This document shows, piece after piece, positions 1 through 13,465 of a stretch of 64,000 nucleotides of DNA. Source of the DNA: Azolla caroliniana (taxonomy: Eukaryota > Plantae > Polypodiophyta); contig JBHGNT010000021.1 of NCBI GenBank assembly GCA_043228905.1, positions 2,356,001 to 2,420,000 on the forward strand. Reading direction: 5' to 3'. The translations under genes and the position numbers were made by a program. Within the stretch, counting starts at the first letter, position 1. Each line of letters starts with the position of its first letter. The notes below the pieces were generated by a model. It was not told the origin of the DNA and made no database searches. It worked only from the letters and a program-made list of their open reading frames with translations.

Positions 1-745
1 CTTCAAAATTTAAGGCCTAGAAGACTACCTTATCATTATTAGTAGCAAATTTATCTCAAAATGGACCCTTTAAAAGAAATAACCACTCATGAAAACTTGT
101 TCAAGCTTTAGGTATATTCAAAAGGTCATCTATAATTTATATTTTATGGTGGAAGTGAACGATAGCAAAAAGTTCAAGTCTCTATAATGTTTAGTATATT
201 CAAAATATAAGCACTCTAACAAGCTTACATAGGGTCTAGAGTCTGAGAACATTCTCAAGAGCCTAGGATTTACAATCTAGAACATTCTTATATTGCACAC
301 ATTTTTGTTTTTCATCTGAAAAAGCAATAAATACATGACCATTATATACTTTATAATTTAATCCTCGTTTTATTGTTAGAACAAAATAATTTAAGATATT
401 CCTTGAAAGTGTAACAAAGTCAAAAGTCAAATTGTAATAATACTAGAAAAACCAATCATCCATAAGCCTTTATAAGCAATCTAAACTAAAGCTCATTCAC
501 TACAGGTGATAAAGTTTTAAGAAAATAGAAGGATCAAGTGGAAACAGCTACCAAAAAGCATGTCCTATTACACAGGATCGTAAAAAGAGTTTTCTATGAA
601 TCTTGGCTTCCAAGAATACTCAACCATTCTCTAGCCGGTTATTTCTTTAAAATTATAACACAATTTCCAGCCATTCTCTAATTAACAACATTTTAAAGAT
701 TTAGAAAACATAAACTAACTGTTAACAGAGTAAATAATTTCCAAC

Positions 746-3700
746 CACTCTCTCGAGCTGCTCTTTTTGCCTCCCGATCAGCCTCCTGCTTTGCTCGCCG
801 TTCAGCTTTCGTTGTCCTCTCTTTTAATGGTTTCATGCTTGCCTGTTGATCTGAAAATTATAATAGTCTCTCTTTTCCTTTTATTAATAACACTATAGTA
901 TTATACACTACAAATAGATACACAAACAATTATGACACCATAACCACTGCAGGATTCCCCATGGACTATCCCCACAAGAAACAAGGAAATATAAAATAGT
1001 CCAGCTGCAATGGGACGTACATCATGTGATCAATTATAAGATAACATTGAAAGAGGAAGTAACAGATACAATGACATGGGATGTGAGTGAAAGGAAGTTT
1101 GTATGCACAACGATGTCATGGGCCAATGTATGTGGTGGTGATATGATCTCTAACTCACCTTTTATGCATATGATGAGTAAAGGAAAGAATGTAGAAAGTA
1201 TATGTTCCCAAGAATTGAAAGAATGCTAATGACAATTGAAGAACAATGCCTTCTGCATGATCAAGGATATATAAATTAACGCCTTTTACAAAATGGTATA
1301 TAAGACTAAACAAGAAATTACATCTTGAAATGTTGCCTTATCTTTGAGAACAGCAAACCAAAATAACTTAACTAAATAGAAAAAATTTCACTAAAGAAGA
1401 GAATGTCAATAAAGAATCTTGCCATATATAAAAGTAAGATTCTCTAAGTCCGATAAAAATGTTCTCTAGCATAGGTCGATCTAGAATGGAGAATACACAT
1501 TATGGCGGCATTTTGGATGTGAATGTGTATGCCACACCAAGTAGGAAACAAGGCGTTGCTCATTCAAGAGAAAAGCCTATACTATGCACAATGGCTAACA
1601 ATACAAAGATGAGGATCATACTTGAAAATAGTTAGGTGTACCTCATAGGTACATAATGCTTTGTGAGTGAAGATCATACAATTTCACAAAAAATACCTGT
1701 CAAAAAGCAACGAATTGAAGTATGAATTGGTGTACAAATGCTTACAAGGAGTATAAATTGGATTAAAACTTTACATAAAGTTGGAGATGTAAATAATGTG
1801 AAGAACTATCGCACATTATGGTTGACTCACTTATGATGGAGCATTTGGATGTTTATTGGAAAGGAATCAAAGATAAGTGCATGTGTTGAAGAAATTGGTA
1901 ATGGGGCTTATGGACAAGTTGTCTTTCCCAAACACAATAGCATCACCTATCATCTTGTCACCCGTCGAGCATTAATGGAAGAAATTCACTTGAGAGGGAG
2001 GATTTATAATGTTGCTTCGTAGACTTCAAGAAAGCTTGTACCTTGTGAGCATCTTCGGAGCCAAGCTGGAAGAACTCAAGGTAGCAAGTGAATATATGCT
2101 TGCAATTTCTTGAATCTGTGAGAAGGTAATATGTCATCTAGGTATGGGCGAGGGAATTTCAGATTTTTTCAATAGTGCTATTGGTGTTAGAGTGAATGAT
2201 GGATTACAGGAAATGATTGTCAAGTTTGTAAAGGAAGAAGGCATTGAAGAAGTTGTCATTGGGAATGTAGTCATCATGGTTTTGTTGTATGTACATGATG
2301 TGGTACCTTTTGCAATTACTTTAGGAGATGTGCAGAAGCATATAATGGCATTGAGGAGTTTTGCACGCATATTAAGTTGTGTTAATATTTCTCAAATGAA
2401 GGTTATGCTTATAAGAGCCAAAATAAGGATAAACTATGTATTTTGTAAAATGATGTGCCACTTGAAACTATAGAAAGTTTTAAATACCTTGTCCTTGAAG
2501 TGCCCTCAATCATAGATTGAATCAATGTGGTACTCTATGCTTACAAGGTGGGAAAGAGACCCTATCATACATTTGAGAACATAGGCAATATAAAGAAATC
2601 AACTGTTGGGTCCTCATGAAGTACCTTTTCAAGACATTGGTGACAACACAACTTCTCTATGTGGTGGAAGTATGAGGCCATAGCATTCCTAAGTCTGCTT
2701 GGAAAGAGTTCGAAAATGTCCAAAAGTGTTTTCTTAAATAGTTTCTCCAAACCAAGAGACTAACGCCATACACCTCCTACTTCTCAAGATGGCATCATTT
2801 CCCATTGAGATCATGACCATTGAACGAGTTGTTCAATGCATGCTTAATGTTTAAAAACGCCATACACCCTCTTACCTCTCAAGATGGGATCACTTCCCAT
2901 TGAGATCATGGCCATGGAATAGGTTGTTGAGTACATGCTTCAGGCCTAAAAAAGGCCCAAAAGAGACAGAAAAGAAAAATTTTGTATCCCAGTTGGGTGC
3001 AAAGAATGAAAAATGCAAAAATGGTCTTGAAGATGAGATCCAACATACTTGCTCCATTTTGCATCAATAGATTCATCTATGAATAAGGCCTTTTTGTAAT
3101 GCCAATTTAACATGACATGGGAAAAATGTGAAATTCATGCTTCACATTATACTATGTACGTTGTAGTAGTTGATTGCAAAACCATAGTGTTCACTGAATG
3201 AGGAAACTATTCACATCAATACATGTTGGAGCCGAACATCTAACCATTGCTTTCATACGAGTTCGACTTCACATTCGCTTCAATGTGGCAAGACATTGAA
3301 TCACAAGAAATGAGAATAGTCGACTATCCACATTTCGCATTAAACAACTTTGGGAGTCTGAGTATCACACTTTGATACAAACAAGGCCCTTTACCTTTGA
3401 TCATGTTCCATTATGCTTTCTGCAAATCTTCAACCCAACCCAATCCTACACAAAATTTTCTCTCAATCACAACAAGCAATCTCAATTGTGAAATTCATGA
3501 GTGAAGTTCTTGAACATGGAGAGTTGCTACACATGCTCACATGCACTACATGAAAACATTATAATTTGGGTCCCATGGGTCATATTTGACTTCAAACTCA
3601 TGCTACAAGTCAATCAAGGGTTACACAAGTGGGCTCCCAACAAGGACATTGCAAAGGAGTTACAATAAATTGGGAAATAGCAATTTGTCATGCACAAAGG

Positions 3701-6700
3701 CCACTATCTCCCACTATTGCAAGTGTTTCCCTTGCTTCGGAGATCTCTCCATTCTAGATCTCTAGAGATCTTTCAAAGACAAAAATTACAATCTATTTGA
3801 CTTCAGAATCTTTACATTTATAGGTAACAAGATTCTTTAGTCATTTTTATTTTTATTTACTTATTTGCTTGGTTACAATTATTTGTGTTTGTTGTCCTCA
3901 AACCTAAGACAACATTTTAAGATGTAATCTCTTGTTTGGTTTTATTGGCCAAGGCCATGTCTGACATCTTGCTTGCAAGATAAAGAAAAAATGGCCACAA
4001 GGTCAAGCGATTAAAGAGCTAACCAAAACTGAAAATCCCAGCACATCATATACACAAGTTCCAATGCAATGGAATCTGCAATGGAATCTGCAATGGAAGA
4101 CATATGTTGAGACACAAGTTTTCAACTGCATTGGATAAAGAGCAACAGGAAATGATAAAATATCTAAAAACCTCATGATACATGAAACACCAGAAAGGCA
4201 TGGAGATTCGGCATTCAATACAAGGGTATTTAAGTCTGTTGGGGAGAGCTTCAGGATGCCTACTGTCATTGTACACGGGACACAGAGTGGGAAAGAAGAA
4301 GATAGATTTCTATCAAACCTCATGGGAATAAGTCTATACAAGTTTCAAGTTCCAATTACATTTTTGAGGAAAGGAGAAGGCCTAAATGAGTTAATTCCAC
4401 AACTTGACATACTTATACTTCAAGAAACATGGAAGTAATATGCATGTCATGTATCTTACATTGAGCTCCACAGCACCTCATTCTATGTGGATATCATGCA
4501 AATGAGAGCATGAATGGAAGCTTGTATGGCTAAACTTATAGCCAATATTGAACATCAACATATGAATGATGGGCTGAACACAAAAGGAAGAAAATTGTGA
4601 GACATGCAAGCTTCCAACCCAAAGAAAGTATCAGTGATCATCTCATTTGTTTGTGGATTGCACATCACTTTCATACACTGTAAAACTGCAAAGTATCGAA
4701 GAGTCATACAACTGTTGTCCAATATAAACAGTTTGAAACTGTTGCCCATAGAAACAGTTTGAAACCTTAGAATTATCTAATGTGAAAAGAAACGTAGAAA
4801 ATCTCTAGTTTTCCCACGTTGACTTTTTTCTAAATCTTATCTTTTCTACGTTTTTTCTACAACTGTAAATTCTTTTTCCTCAAGGTTCACTTGTGCTTCC
4901 AAGTTTACAACCCTCATCCTCTTTCTCCCTTCTAGATTCTTTTTCCTCTCTAATTCTTTTTCTCTTCTCTGATTCTTTTTTCTTCACTCTCTCTCCTCTA
5001 ATTCTTTTTTCCCATTCCAATGTATCTTAACAATTATATAGTCTATTGAATATTTGTATGCTTAAATTTAGTGATTGCACTTTTCATTACAGTATTTATT
5101 ATAACACACAATATAAGACTCGATATCCCAGAAATACACCACAGTGTCACATGCCATACACATACCATATTGTACTACTTAACAACCTGTGCAGGCTGTA
5201 ATGGAGAAGAGAAGGCTTGCAAGACAACTATTGTACTCTGTAGATTTTAAGAAGGCTTTGAACACAATTTCAAACACAAAGTTTATGGGAAGAATAGAGA
5301 AACTTGGAGAATATCAACTGTAGAAGAAATGTTGACTGCTTACACCAATAAGTAAGATGCAGATTGAAGATAGATGAAGGATTTTCTAGAAAGATCATGA
5401 CCACTGTGGAAGAAGGATACCCTATATTGCATACTCTATTCAGTGTATGTATTGACCAAAAAGAAGACTTCACCTGAGAAGCATTATGAGAACCTGAGGA
5501 AACAAAAGCCACTGGGCCTTACACAGTATTGGTTCTGATTTATGCAGCCAATTCATACTTTTGAATCTTCCAATCTGAGACTACGAAAACTTTTAGATAT
5601 GGTACATACTTTCTGAACATATTGCCCAAGTAGTCAGCATGGCTACGACCAAAGCCGTATTGGCAATGCCTATCAAATCTAAAAGTCAGGAACCATTAAT
5701 GTACTAGGAAGTGGAGCCAATTGATGCGGTTCACAGTTTCAAACACCTTAGAATCGACTTATCAAATCGTGGAAGTCAGCACAGCATAGTGTCACGAATT
5801 TGAGAGCATGTCATCCTTGAGAACAACCCAAGGATGGGAGGTTGGAGAATTCGTAATTGATGCATGTATTGTGCAAACTCTATTACGGGAATTGAGATTT
5901 GGGGAGGTATTTCACCAAGTTCATGAATGAGAAGAAGAAAATTCAGAATAATTTTTCTACAGTACCATATAGATGTTAAGGCTCCACTGTACTCCAGAAT
6001 TCATACTCCTGGCGAGCCACACTTAGTCATCCTCAGACATCATCAGACATAACTCACTTAAAATGGAGAGCTTTCTAGAGGGGTCATTAGGGCTCAACTC
6101 GCATCTGGCATGATGGAGAAGTTGACTTTACAAGAAAGTAGGATACGTACATTAACACGTTGACAAAAGCTGGAAAGCATGTGCCCAATTTCCCCCTCTT
6201 TCCCTCTCAGAGCCATCACATGCAAACTCAAATGCAATGTATATTCATAAAACGCTTGGAAATCAAGAGTAACTTGTAAAATGCTTGAATATGAACGGTA
6301 AACTATAAACTCCACATGCACACTACGTGAAAATGTTTCAATTTGGTCACAGAAATCATGTTTGATTTCTGAACTATTTAAGCTATAAATCAAAGGTCTT
6401 GGGTTCAATCCTAATCACGTCTTTATTACACTATGTATCACTTCTATTAAACTACATGCCAGATCAATTATCAAACTAATGATCCCACAGTCTCCAAACA
6501 GTTGACAGACATCTGATCTATGGTCAGATTGTCCCTCTCTTTGACCATTGCACACTTGGCCCTTTCATCCGACAAAAAAGCAGGAGTCTCTCCAAATTTG
6601 CAGGTGAGCCCTCACTCTCTTTCTCTTACAGATTCGCACTCAGCTAGTCATCTCAGAAAGCAAAAGATGGAGCTTTCATTATACCTTTTTAGCTCAGCTC

Positions 6701-7565
6701 TCAAAACAAATTTTTTACAAACTCGCAGAATAGTGATAAATGAAAACAGTATCAAGTCATACACACCTGCAGAAGGCAACGCTTTTTCAGCATCACTGAC
6801 TCCTCTTAGCGAAGAAACGTCATCTTCATCTTCTTCTTCTTGTTTTTTGTGTTGCTTCTTCTTGGAGAGAATCTCTGCAGAACGCCTCGAAGAAGAAACA
6901 GAAGAAGAAGGAGAGTAAATAATGCGATCTTCTTTTAAGCTTAAGCTTTCCATGGTAGCTCGTGCTTCTTTCAAGCTCAAGCTTTCCATGGCGGATCGAT
7001 CCTCCTTCAAGCTCAAGCTTTCCATGGCGGATCGGTCTTCCTTCAAGCTCAATGTTCCCATGGCAGATCGATCTTCCTGTAAGCTCAAGCTTTCCATGGC
7101 AGAGCTATCTTTATTGAGTAATGATGACGTCTGACTAGAGGAAGGTATACTAGCCACACCATTGCAGTTCCCGTTGGTTAGAGGAAGAGGAAGAGGAAGA
7201 GAATTAACTGTCTCGACATAGCTTCCATGGAGGGGAAGAGGCTCTTCCCCCTCCCTAGAAGGAACGTCTCGCTTAACGTCAGAAGGAACTGAACGAGGCG
7301 AAGGAGGAGAAGAAGGACCGACAATCGTCGTAGATAAGGGAGGTGGAATGATAAGTGGAGAAAGGGAGTTCTCAGAGGTACAGTCGGATTTAGGGTTAGG
7401 GTTAGGGTTAGTGTTAGGGTTAGGATTAGAAATAGAGATAGAGATAGAGTTAGGGCTGGTGTTTTCTGCATAGTTTGGAGAGGTAGGAAGGTCTGAACCT
7501 GGAGTGACGAAGCCTACTTGACGAACCTTCGGATCGATGACAAAGCGGGGGCCTCTGCGGTCCAT
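746..7565 (-). CDS. EIF2B4: Translation initiation factor eIF2B delta subunit, first two coding exons (7565-6767, 850-746); gene continues beyond the left edge
   Basis: Exon 1 starts MDRRGPRFVIDPKVRQVGFVTP, typical of the plant eIF2B-delta N-terminus. A GT donor at 6766 joins in phase to a ttttcag acceptor at 851, giving DQQASMKPLKERTTKAERRAKQEADREAKRAARES, which matches the conserved KPLKEKTTKAERRA.QEA.RAAK motif. The exon 2 donor position is approximate. Confidence 0.85.
1780..3480 (+). mobile_element. Decayed LINE (non-LTR retrotransposon) reverse transcriptase and 3' region in eIF2B-delta intron 1
   Basis: Broken RT motifs (NYRTIMV, VDFKKA, FFNSAIGV, VLLYVHDVV) with many stops and frameshifts. 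A ~94 bp internal duplication lies at 2762-2940, and the 3' part matches the 27.5-27.8 kb fragment. Confidence 0.75.
4175..4500 (+). mobile_element. LINE APE-endonuclease N-terminal fragment
   Basis: The ORF ends LDILILQETWK, resembling the DIxxLQET motif of LINE endonucleases. Confidence 0.45.
5190..6000 (+). mobile_element. Second decayed LINE RT fragment
   Basis: Remnants VDFKKA, EGYPILHTLFSVCIDQ ([10 protein letters not shown]-like), VLVLIYAA and FKHLRI (FKYLG-like). Confidence 0.65.
6925..7105 (-). repeat. 36-bp coding tandem repeat, ~5 copies (SAMESLSLKEDR), in eIF2B-delta exon 1
   Basis: Visible in the translation: SAMESLSLQEDR SAMGTLSLKEDR SAMESLSLKEDR SAMESLSLKEAR ATMESLSLKEDR. Confidence 0.95.
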
Positions 7566-7581
7566 TGATTGAAGAATAAAA

Positions 7582-7716
7582 GAAGAAGAAGATGGTGATG
7601 ATGATGATGACAAAGAAGAAGAAGAAGAAGAAGAAGAAGAAGAAGAATTTGATGATGATGATGAAGAAGAAGAAGAAGAAGAAGAAGAATTTAATGAGGA
7701 AGAAGAAGAAGAAGAG
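7582..7716. repeat. (GAA)n/(GAT)n trinucleotide microsatellite in the eIF2B-delta 5' UTR
   Basis: Runs of gaa and gat immediately upstream of the ATG at 7565. Confidence 0.9.
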
Positions 7717-8065
7717 GTCTGGCTATGGCGATGGCGAGAAACAGCAGAAGGAAAGGAGAAAGCACAGAGACAGACGGAGCTTCGCACAAATGTTTAACGT
7801 GTTTTTTTTTTTAATGTATTTTTTATTTTGATTTGAAATTAAATTTTATTTGGGTTCCTTTTTTGGAGTTTATCATCGTGTATGTATTGTAAATTTGTAT
7901 ATGTATATATATAATATGTATATGTATAGTATGTATACAGTATAAATATACGTGTACATACATATATCTTTATATTATCCACACACATACCACATAAATA
8001 CATACGTATGTATATCTTTTTCTAAGACTTGTGTTTCTATCTAGGAATGCGTTGCATCATAAGGC

Positions 8066-8132
8066 CCCGGTTCGGTTCGGTTCGGTTCGGTTCGGTTTCT
8101 TTGCTTTGAAACCGAACTCACCCCCCCCCCCC
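8066..8132. repeat. (GGTTC)n pentamer run ending in a hairpin (gttcggtttc...gaaaccgaac), followed by poly-C
   Basis: Read directly from the sequence, upstream of eIF2B-delta. Confidence 0.8.
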
Positions 8133-9690
8133 CTTTGAGCAACTCCTTCGTGGTTGCAAAGTGTTGTTCTCTCATGGGTTTCATTGATGACTATCATCGA
8201 CTTAATTACTTAAGTACATGACACAAGGAAATCTAGTCCAAGAATGACCATGTGGTGCAAAAACCACAATGTCAATGCAATTCAAACTCCATGTTAAGTT
8301 TATTTATTTGCCATTTAACTAATATCAACTTAAACCCAATGAAGGTAAGACAAGTACGTTGGTAGAGTAAGTAACCTAAATTGCCCACATGCTAACCTGT
8401 GCATGTCACCAATGACATGGTCCCGTGGTAAACTTAAGTGCATCTTCTATCACCAAATCCCTTTCCCATTTTTACTTATATTCAACAACCTTTCCCATTC
8501 TCTCTAGATTGCACACCACGTCCATTTTTACTTTGTCCATGAGAGTTTTTACCTCACTTTGTATGTTTAGTTGATTCTCCATGGCCCATCTAGTGGTGTA
8601 GAAAACAAGGCTAGCATGAAGTCCCCATGTTGTCACATCAAACGTGTGCATGTGTTACTCAATCGGGATCGCGGGGGAACTGAACCAAGGAGAACTTGAT
8701 CTCAGCACCACACCTCTCCCTCGCACAAATAGAAAACCAAAGAATAACCAAACACCCTTGAATATTGGGCTTCAAAGTCACTCATTGTGTAGAAGCAATG
8801 TGATAAGGGAACATGAGTTATCCCACCTAGAAGCTATGGACAAGATACCATTTACATCGACACCATGGGCCACATCCGCATTGAAACCCTTCAATCCCCC
8901 ACTCTTTTTCGAGCAACTCAGATGGAAATGAAACTAGTCTCTGCACATAGTCATTGCCTTTCTAGAACATGCCACACAACATAACATCTTTTGTACCTGG
9001 CTCAAACTCTTTTATTTATGTTTATTTTATTGTAATCAATTATCTCATGGGCCAAATTTGGTCTTAGAAGACATTAGTATATCTTTCTTTATTTATTTCT
9101 TAAAACCTTTCTAAAACCCTTCGCGATATGAGTTTATGCTTTCAATGGGTGACCGTGGATTGAATGGGAATGTGCTTTCAATGGGCGTGCATGGATTGAA
9201 TTTCAATGGGCACTCATGGATTACCCCATTATTAGCGTTGTATGTTCATGACTTTGCTCAACACAATTATTCAAAGAGATTAACAACGATTAAGAGTAAG
9301 TACCTCTAGATTAATACAACAAGATTCTAACTAAGATCAAACGGGTGAAACAATGGCATGAATACAAGATTAAGGCCCAATTAAGCTAACAGTAAAGACA
9401 TGTAGTGTGAACCCACATATTCCAACCAAGCACATTCTCCCCTTACACATTAGTACTACTCTTCTTTTATGTAGAAGACTAAAGTTATTGCAAAAAACTA
9501 CAACCCTTTTTTATATACAAACAATTGTAAAACACTACATGACACCATTTTAAATACCAATATTTGTAATACACTGAAAACAAAGAGCAAGTTTTGAACC
9601 TCACACGTGTTATGAATTAATGTCACTACCAGTGAGGTAATTGCACACATTCAAGAAATAAAAAAGAGTATTATTTACTCTAACATGTCT

Positions 9691-12479
9691 TGTTTGAGAT
9701 GTGCCAACCCCAAATGGTAGTTTCTTGAATTATATAAAAGAGAAAGGTTGGATCATTTGCAGGGTGGACTTTTTGCAAAACCTGGGCTAAGGAGAGACCA
9801 AAGGGGTTTAGAGAGTGAGGAAGAGAGAGACCTCACTAATTGTGTTATATACATACATACAGATATCATTATATGTATGCATGTATGTATGTATATATGT
9901 ATGTATTGATTAACATCATCTCTATGATATTCTCTTTTTACTCTTTGAAGCCTTAATTTTGGTCGCTACTTGTGGATAAAGCTTGATGCTTTTTCATGCA
10001 CATGCACTTTGTGACATCTCCAATGACATCAAGAGCACCAATAGGGAAGGAGGAATCAAGAACAAGAAAGAAAGATATCCTAATGTCGATGCATGACAAG
10101 GAGGAGAGGATCAAGGTGGAGGGAGGGTTAAAGTGCTTAGGACAACCATTTGTATGGCAAGTGATTGAATTAGTTCTTTGAGGAGAACCTCCTTCCTTAC
10201 AACATTGTGAGACATTGTTAAGCCTTTCTTGGTGAGGCTAATCTCTCTTCTTTGGATTTGTTATTCAAAAACCAAGGCATAACATAAGGTAATGTTTAGT
10301 GGTATATAGGGGGGACACATGCTTTTTTATGTTTGTTCGATGTTCTTTGCTCGTGGGTGGGTGGTGTGGTTAAAACTGAAGCACACTTAATCCATTATTC
10401 TCCCCACTATCTTATTCTTTGCTCAATCATTAGTTTGATCGTAATAGTGGAAGATATGAATGGTTAACAATATGAATGAATGCAATGGCTCTTGTATGCA
10501 TGACAACATGAGAGTTGGCCAATAATCAGGGTAGGGGTGATATTGATGATGTTTCTGAAGGTCATGTTGGTGTTATTTATGGTGGTGATGATGCGAGTGC
10601 ATGTGATAATGATGATAATGACGTGCTTGGGAAGAATGATGGTAATATGGCAAATGATTATATGAGCATGGGTGATGATGATGATGATGATTTGGTTAGG
10701 GAGGATGATGTTAAGCATCATCGTAAGATTAAAGCTACATATGATGATTTTGTGCGATTTCATAATGATGTGGGTGATATGGTAGGTATGTTTTATGAAG
10801 TGCGGTGCGTGATAAGTGTGAATGATAATGTTAATGATGTGGATGAGTATGATGATGATGTATGGTTTTATGATAATATAGAGTTTCATGATAATGTGAA
10901 TGTGGATGCTGGTAAGGATCTTGATGATGATACTAAGGGTGATGCTAATGTGCAATGGTGATATAGGTGGGTAAGAAAATGTCGTTAGAGATTGTAATGA
11001 TGATATGGTTAGGGAGGATATTGATATTGACATTGATGTCAATGTGGGTTTATGAAATGTCAATGTGAAAGAGGAGGATGTTATGTTCATGAGAGTCATG
11101 TTGATTGGAAAAAGATGATGATAATGTCAATGAGGATGATTTTGATGTATGGTAATGATGTTCATGAGGGCAATGTTGATGTTATTAATGATGATGAGCA
11201 AGGTTATGCTATTTTATATGCTGAAAATGTTAATCATGATGTAATTAGTGATGAAAACATTGAGATATTCTATAATCGTGATGATGTTGACAAAGGAGAT
11301 GATGATTGATGATCATGAGGAGAGTGATGATGAGAAGGGAAATAAAGATAATGATTACGAACAAAGAAGAGATGAAAAATGATGCTGATTATAGTGGAAA
11401 TGATAATATGAGAACTAGAAATGATGATGATATGATCCACAAAGTCTTTGAAAGCTTACGTAACACAAGCAATGCAGATAAGAGAAATTATCCATAATAA
11501 AGTGGGTGAGAATGCCTCAAGATGTTAAGGATGTGCATCTTGATTGTGATGAATGATTGTAGATAAGATGGTCGAGCACCTTCTCAGATATCCAATAACA
11601 TAACTCTTGTCATCTTCATTAAAAATATCAACACTATCCTTATTAACATCATCATCATAATTGTTTTTCAAATCAATACCACCCAAATCCACATTTATAT
11701 CATCAATATGCAAATCCTCCTTAACCATATCATCAATGTCATTTCTAATATCGTCATTAATATCGTCATTCACAACTATGACAACGTCATTATCATCATC
11801 ACATAGTCTCACTGTTCACATTATCATACACATATCTAAGCATACTATCATAATCACATCATAATCAAGCCCACTCACAACGTCATCACCACCATAAATA
11901 ACATCAACATCGATTACTAATGTCATAAACATAACCCTTACCTTTGTCACTAGATTCTCATGTCACCACGCACACAAGAGCCACCGCACAAACTTTTTCA
12001 TATATAATGACCATGTTATAATGTTCTTGGTTGCTTTGGCAATATCCCCTCAAAGAACTAGCTTAATATCCCCTCACTTTAAGCCTCCCTTGACCTTGAC
12101 CATGTACTCCATATCATCAAATTTAGGAGCTCCTTTCTTCTCATCCTTGACACCTCTATCATTGTCCCCACAGTCTTCATGTCAAGTCACTAGAAATGTT
12201 GTGAAGCACACACATTGCATGAGTGTGGACATGCACCTTGCTTCTATCCACATGCAAAGAGAGAGAAGAGAAGATCACAAAGAGTATATTTGTCCATAAA
12301 GATGCACATAAATTGACCTAAACTTATTTATTTATTATTAATCAAGAAGTAATTTCAATTTGTGAGAACTCTTTCAAATTTTGGTGAGAACTCTTTCAAA
12401 AATTCGTTGCCAAAGATCCAACCATTCTCTTTCTCTTTTATGTGATCCAAGAATTACTATGTTAGGTTTGCGTGTGACA
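9691..12479. repeat. Two diverged copies of a GAT-rich (Asp/Asn-like) repeat element in inverted, tail-to-tail orientation
   Basis: 9700-9760 matches the reverse complement of 12410-12479, 9970-10135 that of 12075-12255, and 10460-10610 that of 11860-12012. The arms meet near 11500-11530. Confidence 0.7.
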
Positions 12480-13300
12480 TATGGAACTTCTTATAATTGT
12501 AGGATTCAAACCTACAACCTTTGACTCAATGACCATACACTTTAGCGCAATAAGCTACTTATTCCTTATGAGCATGTCTCACAAATGAGATACTCTTTAT
12601 ATAGAATTGAAACCAAACTCTTAGCTTTAACCTTTTTAGTGTTGAGCCCTGTGTCCCATTTAACTATAGTTGTGCCATCTTCTACTAAAGAACCTCGTGG
12701 CAAACTTTCTACCCAATTTAAAAGATAACGTAGATTCTAAAATCAAACATTAGTGCATCTCCATACCAACCCTTCCTCTTGAAGTTGCACTAACAATTTC
12801 TCAAAGGATATGAATGGATTGGTTAAACATAAGAGTTATATGTTGTAACCATGCCACGTTCATACTTTGAATGCAGAGTGTGGATATATTTTCATACTAG
12901 CTCAATATTAGCCTTCATCATATCAATGATTTCAATCTCATATTGAAGGTGCGTTATCTGTGTGCTAAAGGCACCTACCTTCTCATCTTCTGTTAAGAAT
13001 GTCGTACTAATAAATAAACAAACTTAAAGTAAAAAAAGGTGGATTGATTGGATAGAGGAACTGAATCCTCTTGACCACCCCTGAGCTATGATCAAGACAT
13101 AACCAACCTACCACCAATGTCCCATACCCATGGATATTAGGATGATTAGTACTTTGGATATTAGGCAACACAATCATCACGACAAAACCCTAGTTTGGAC
13201 CATTGGCATCTCCAGACTTCAACCTTCCTACCTAATGTGTCTAATAAGGGTATCTAGGCCTTGTGTTTATACATGTTCCTAGGTCCCTTGAGTATATGTG

Positions 13301-13465
13301 TTTTTTTAAAAGACTTTCTATACATTGGTTCTCAAGTTCATGATAGTGCATGCATCTACCATTCTGTCTATCTAATCACATTTTTTAAAAGACTCTCTAT
13401 ACATTGGTTCTCAAGTTCATGATAGTGCATGCATCTATCTATCGTTCTGTCTATCTAATCACATT
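13301..13465. repeat. Direct tandem duplication, ~80 bp x2
   Basis: ttttttaaaagact.tctatacattggttctcaagttcatgatagtgcatgcatcta...ttctgtctatctaatcacatt occurs twice back to back. Confidence 0.9.

Noticed and set aside
7566-7831. Poly-Ser N-terminal extension of eIF2B-delta and poly-Lys ORF on +
   Set aside because: Trinucleotide microsatellite. The extension starts at GTG, and homology begins at the ATG at 7565.
10464-11864. His/Ile-rich and Asp-rich ORFs as host genes
   Set aside because: Low-complexity GAT/ATC sequence with broken frames, no splice structure and no recognisable domain.
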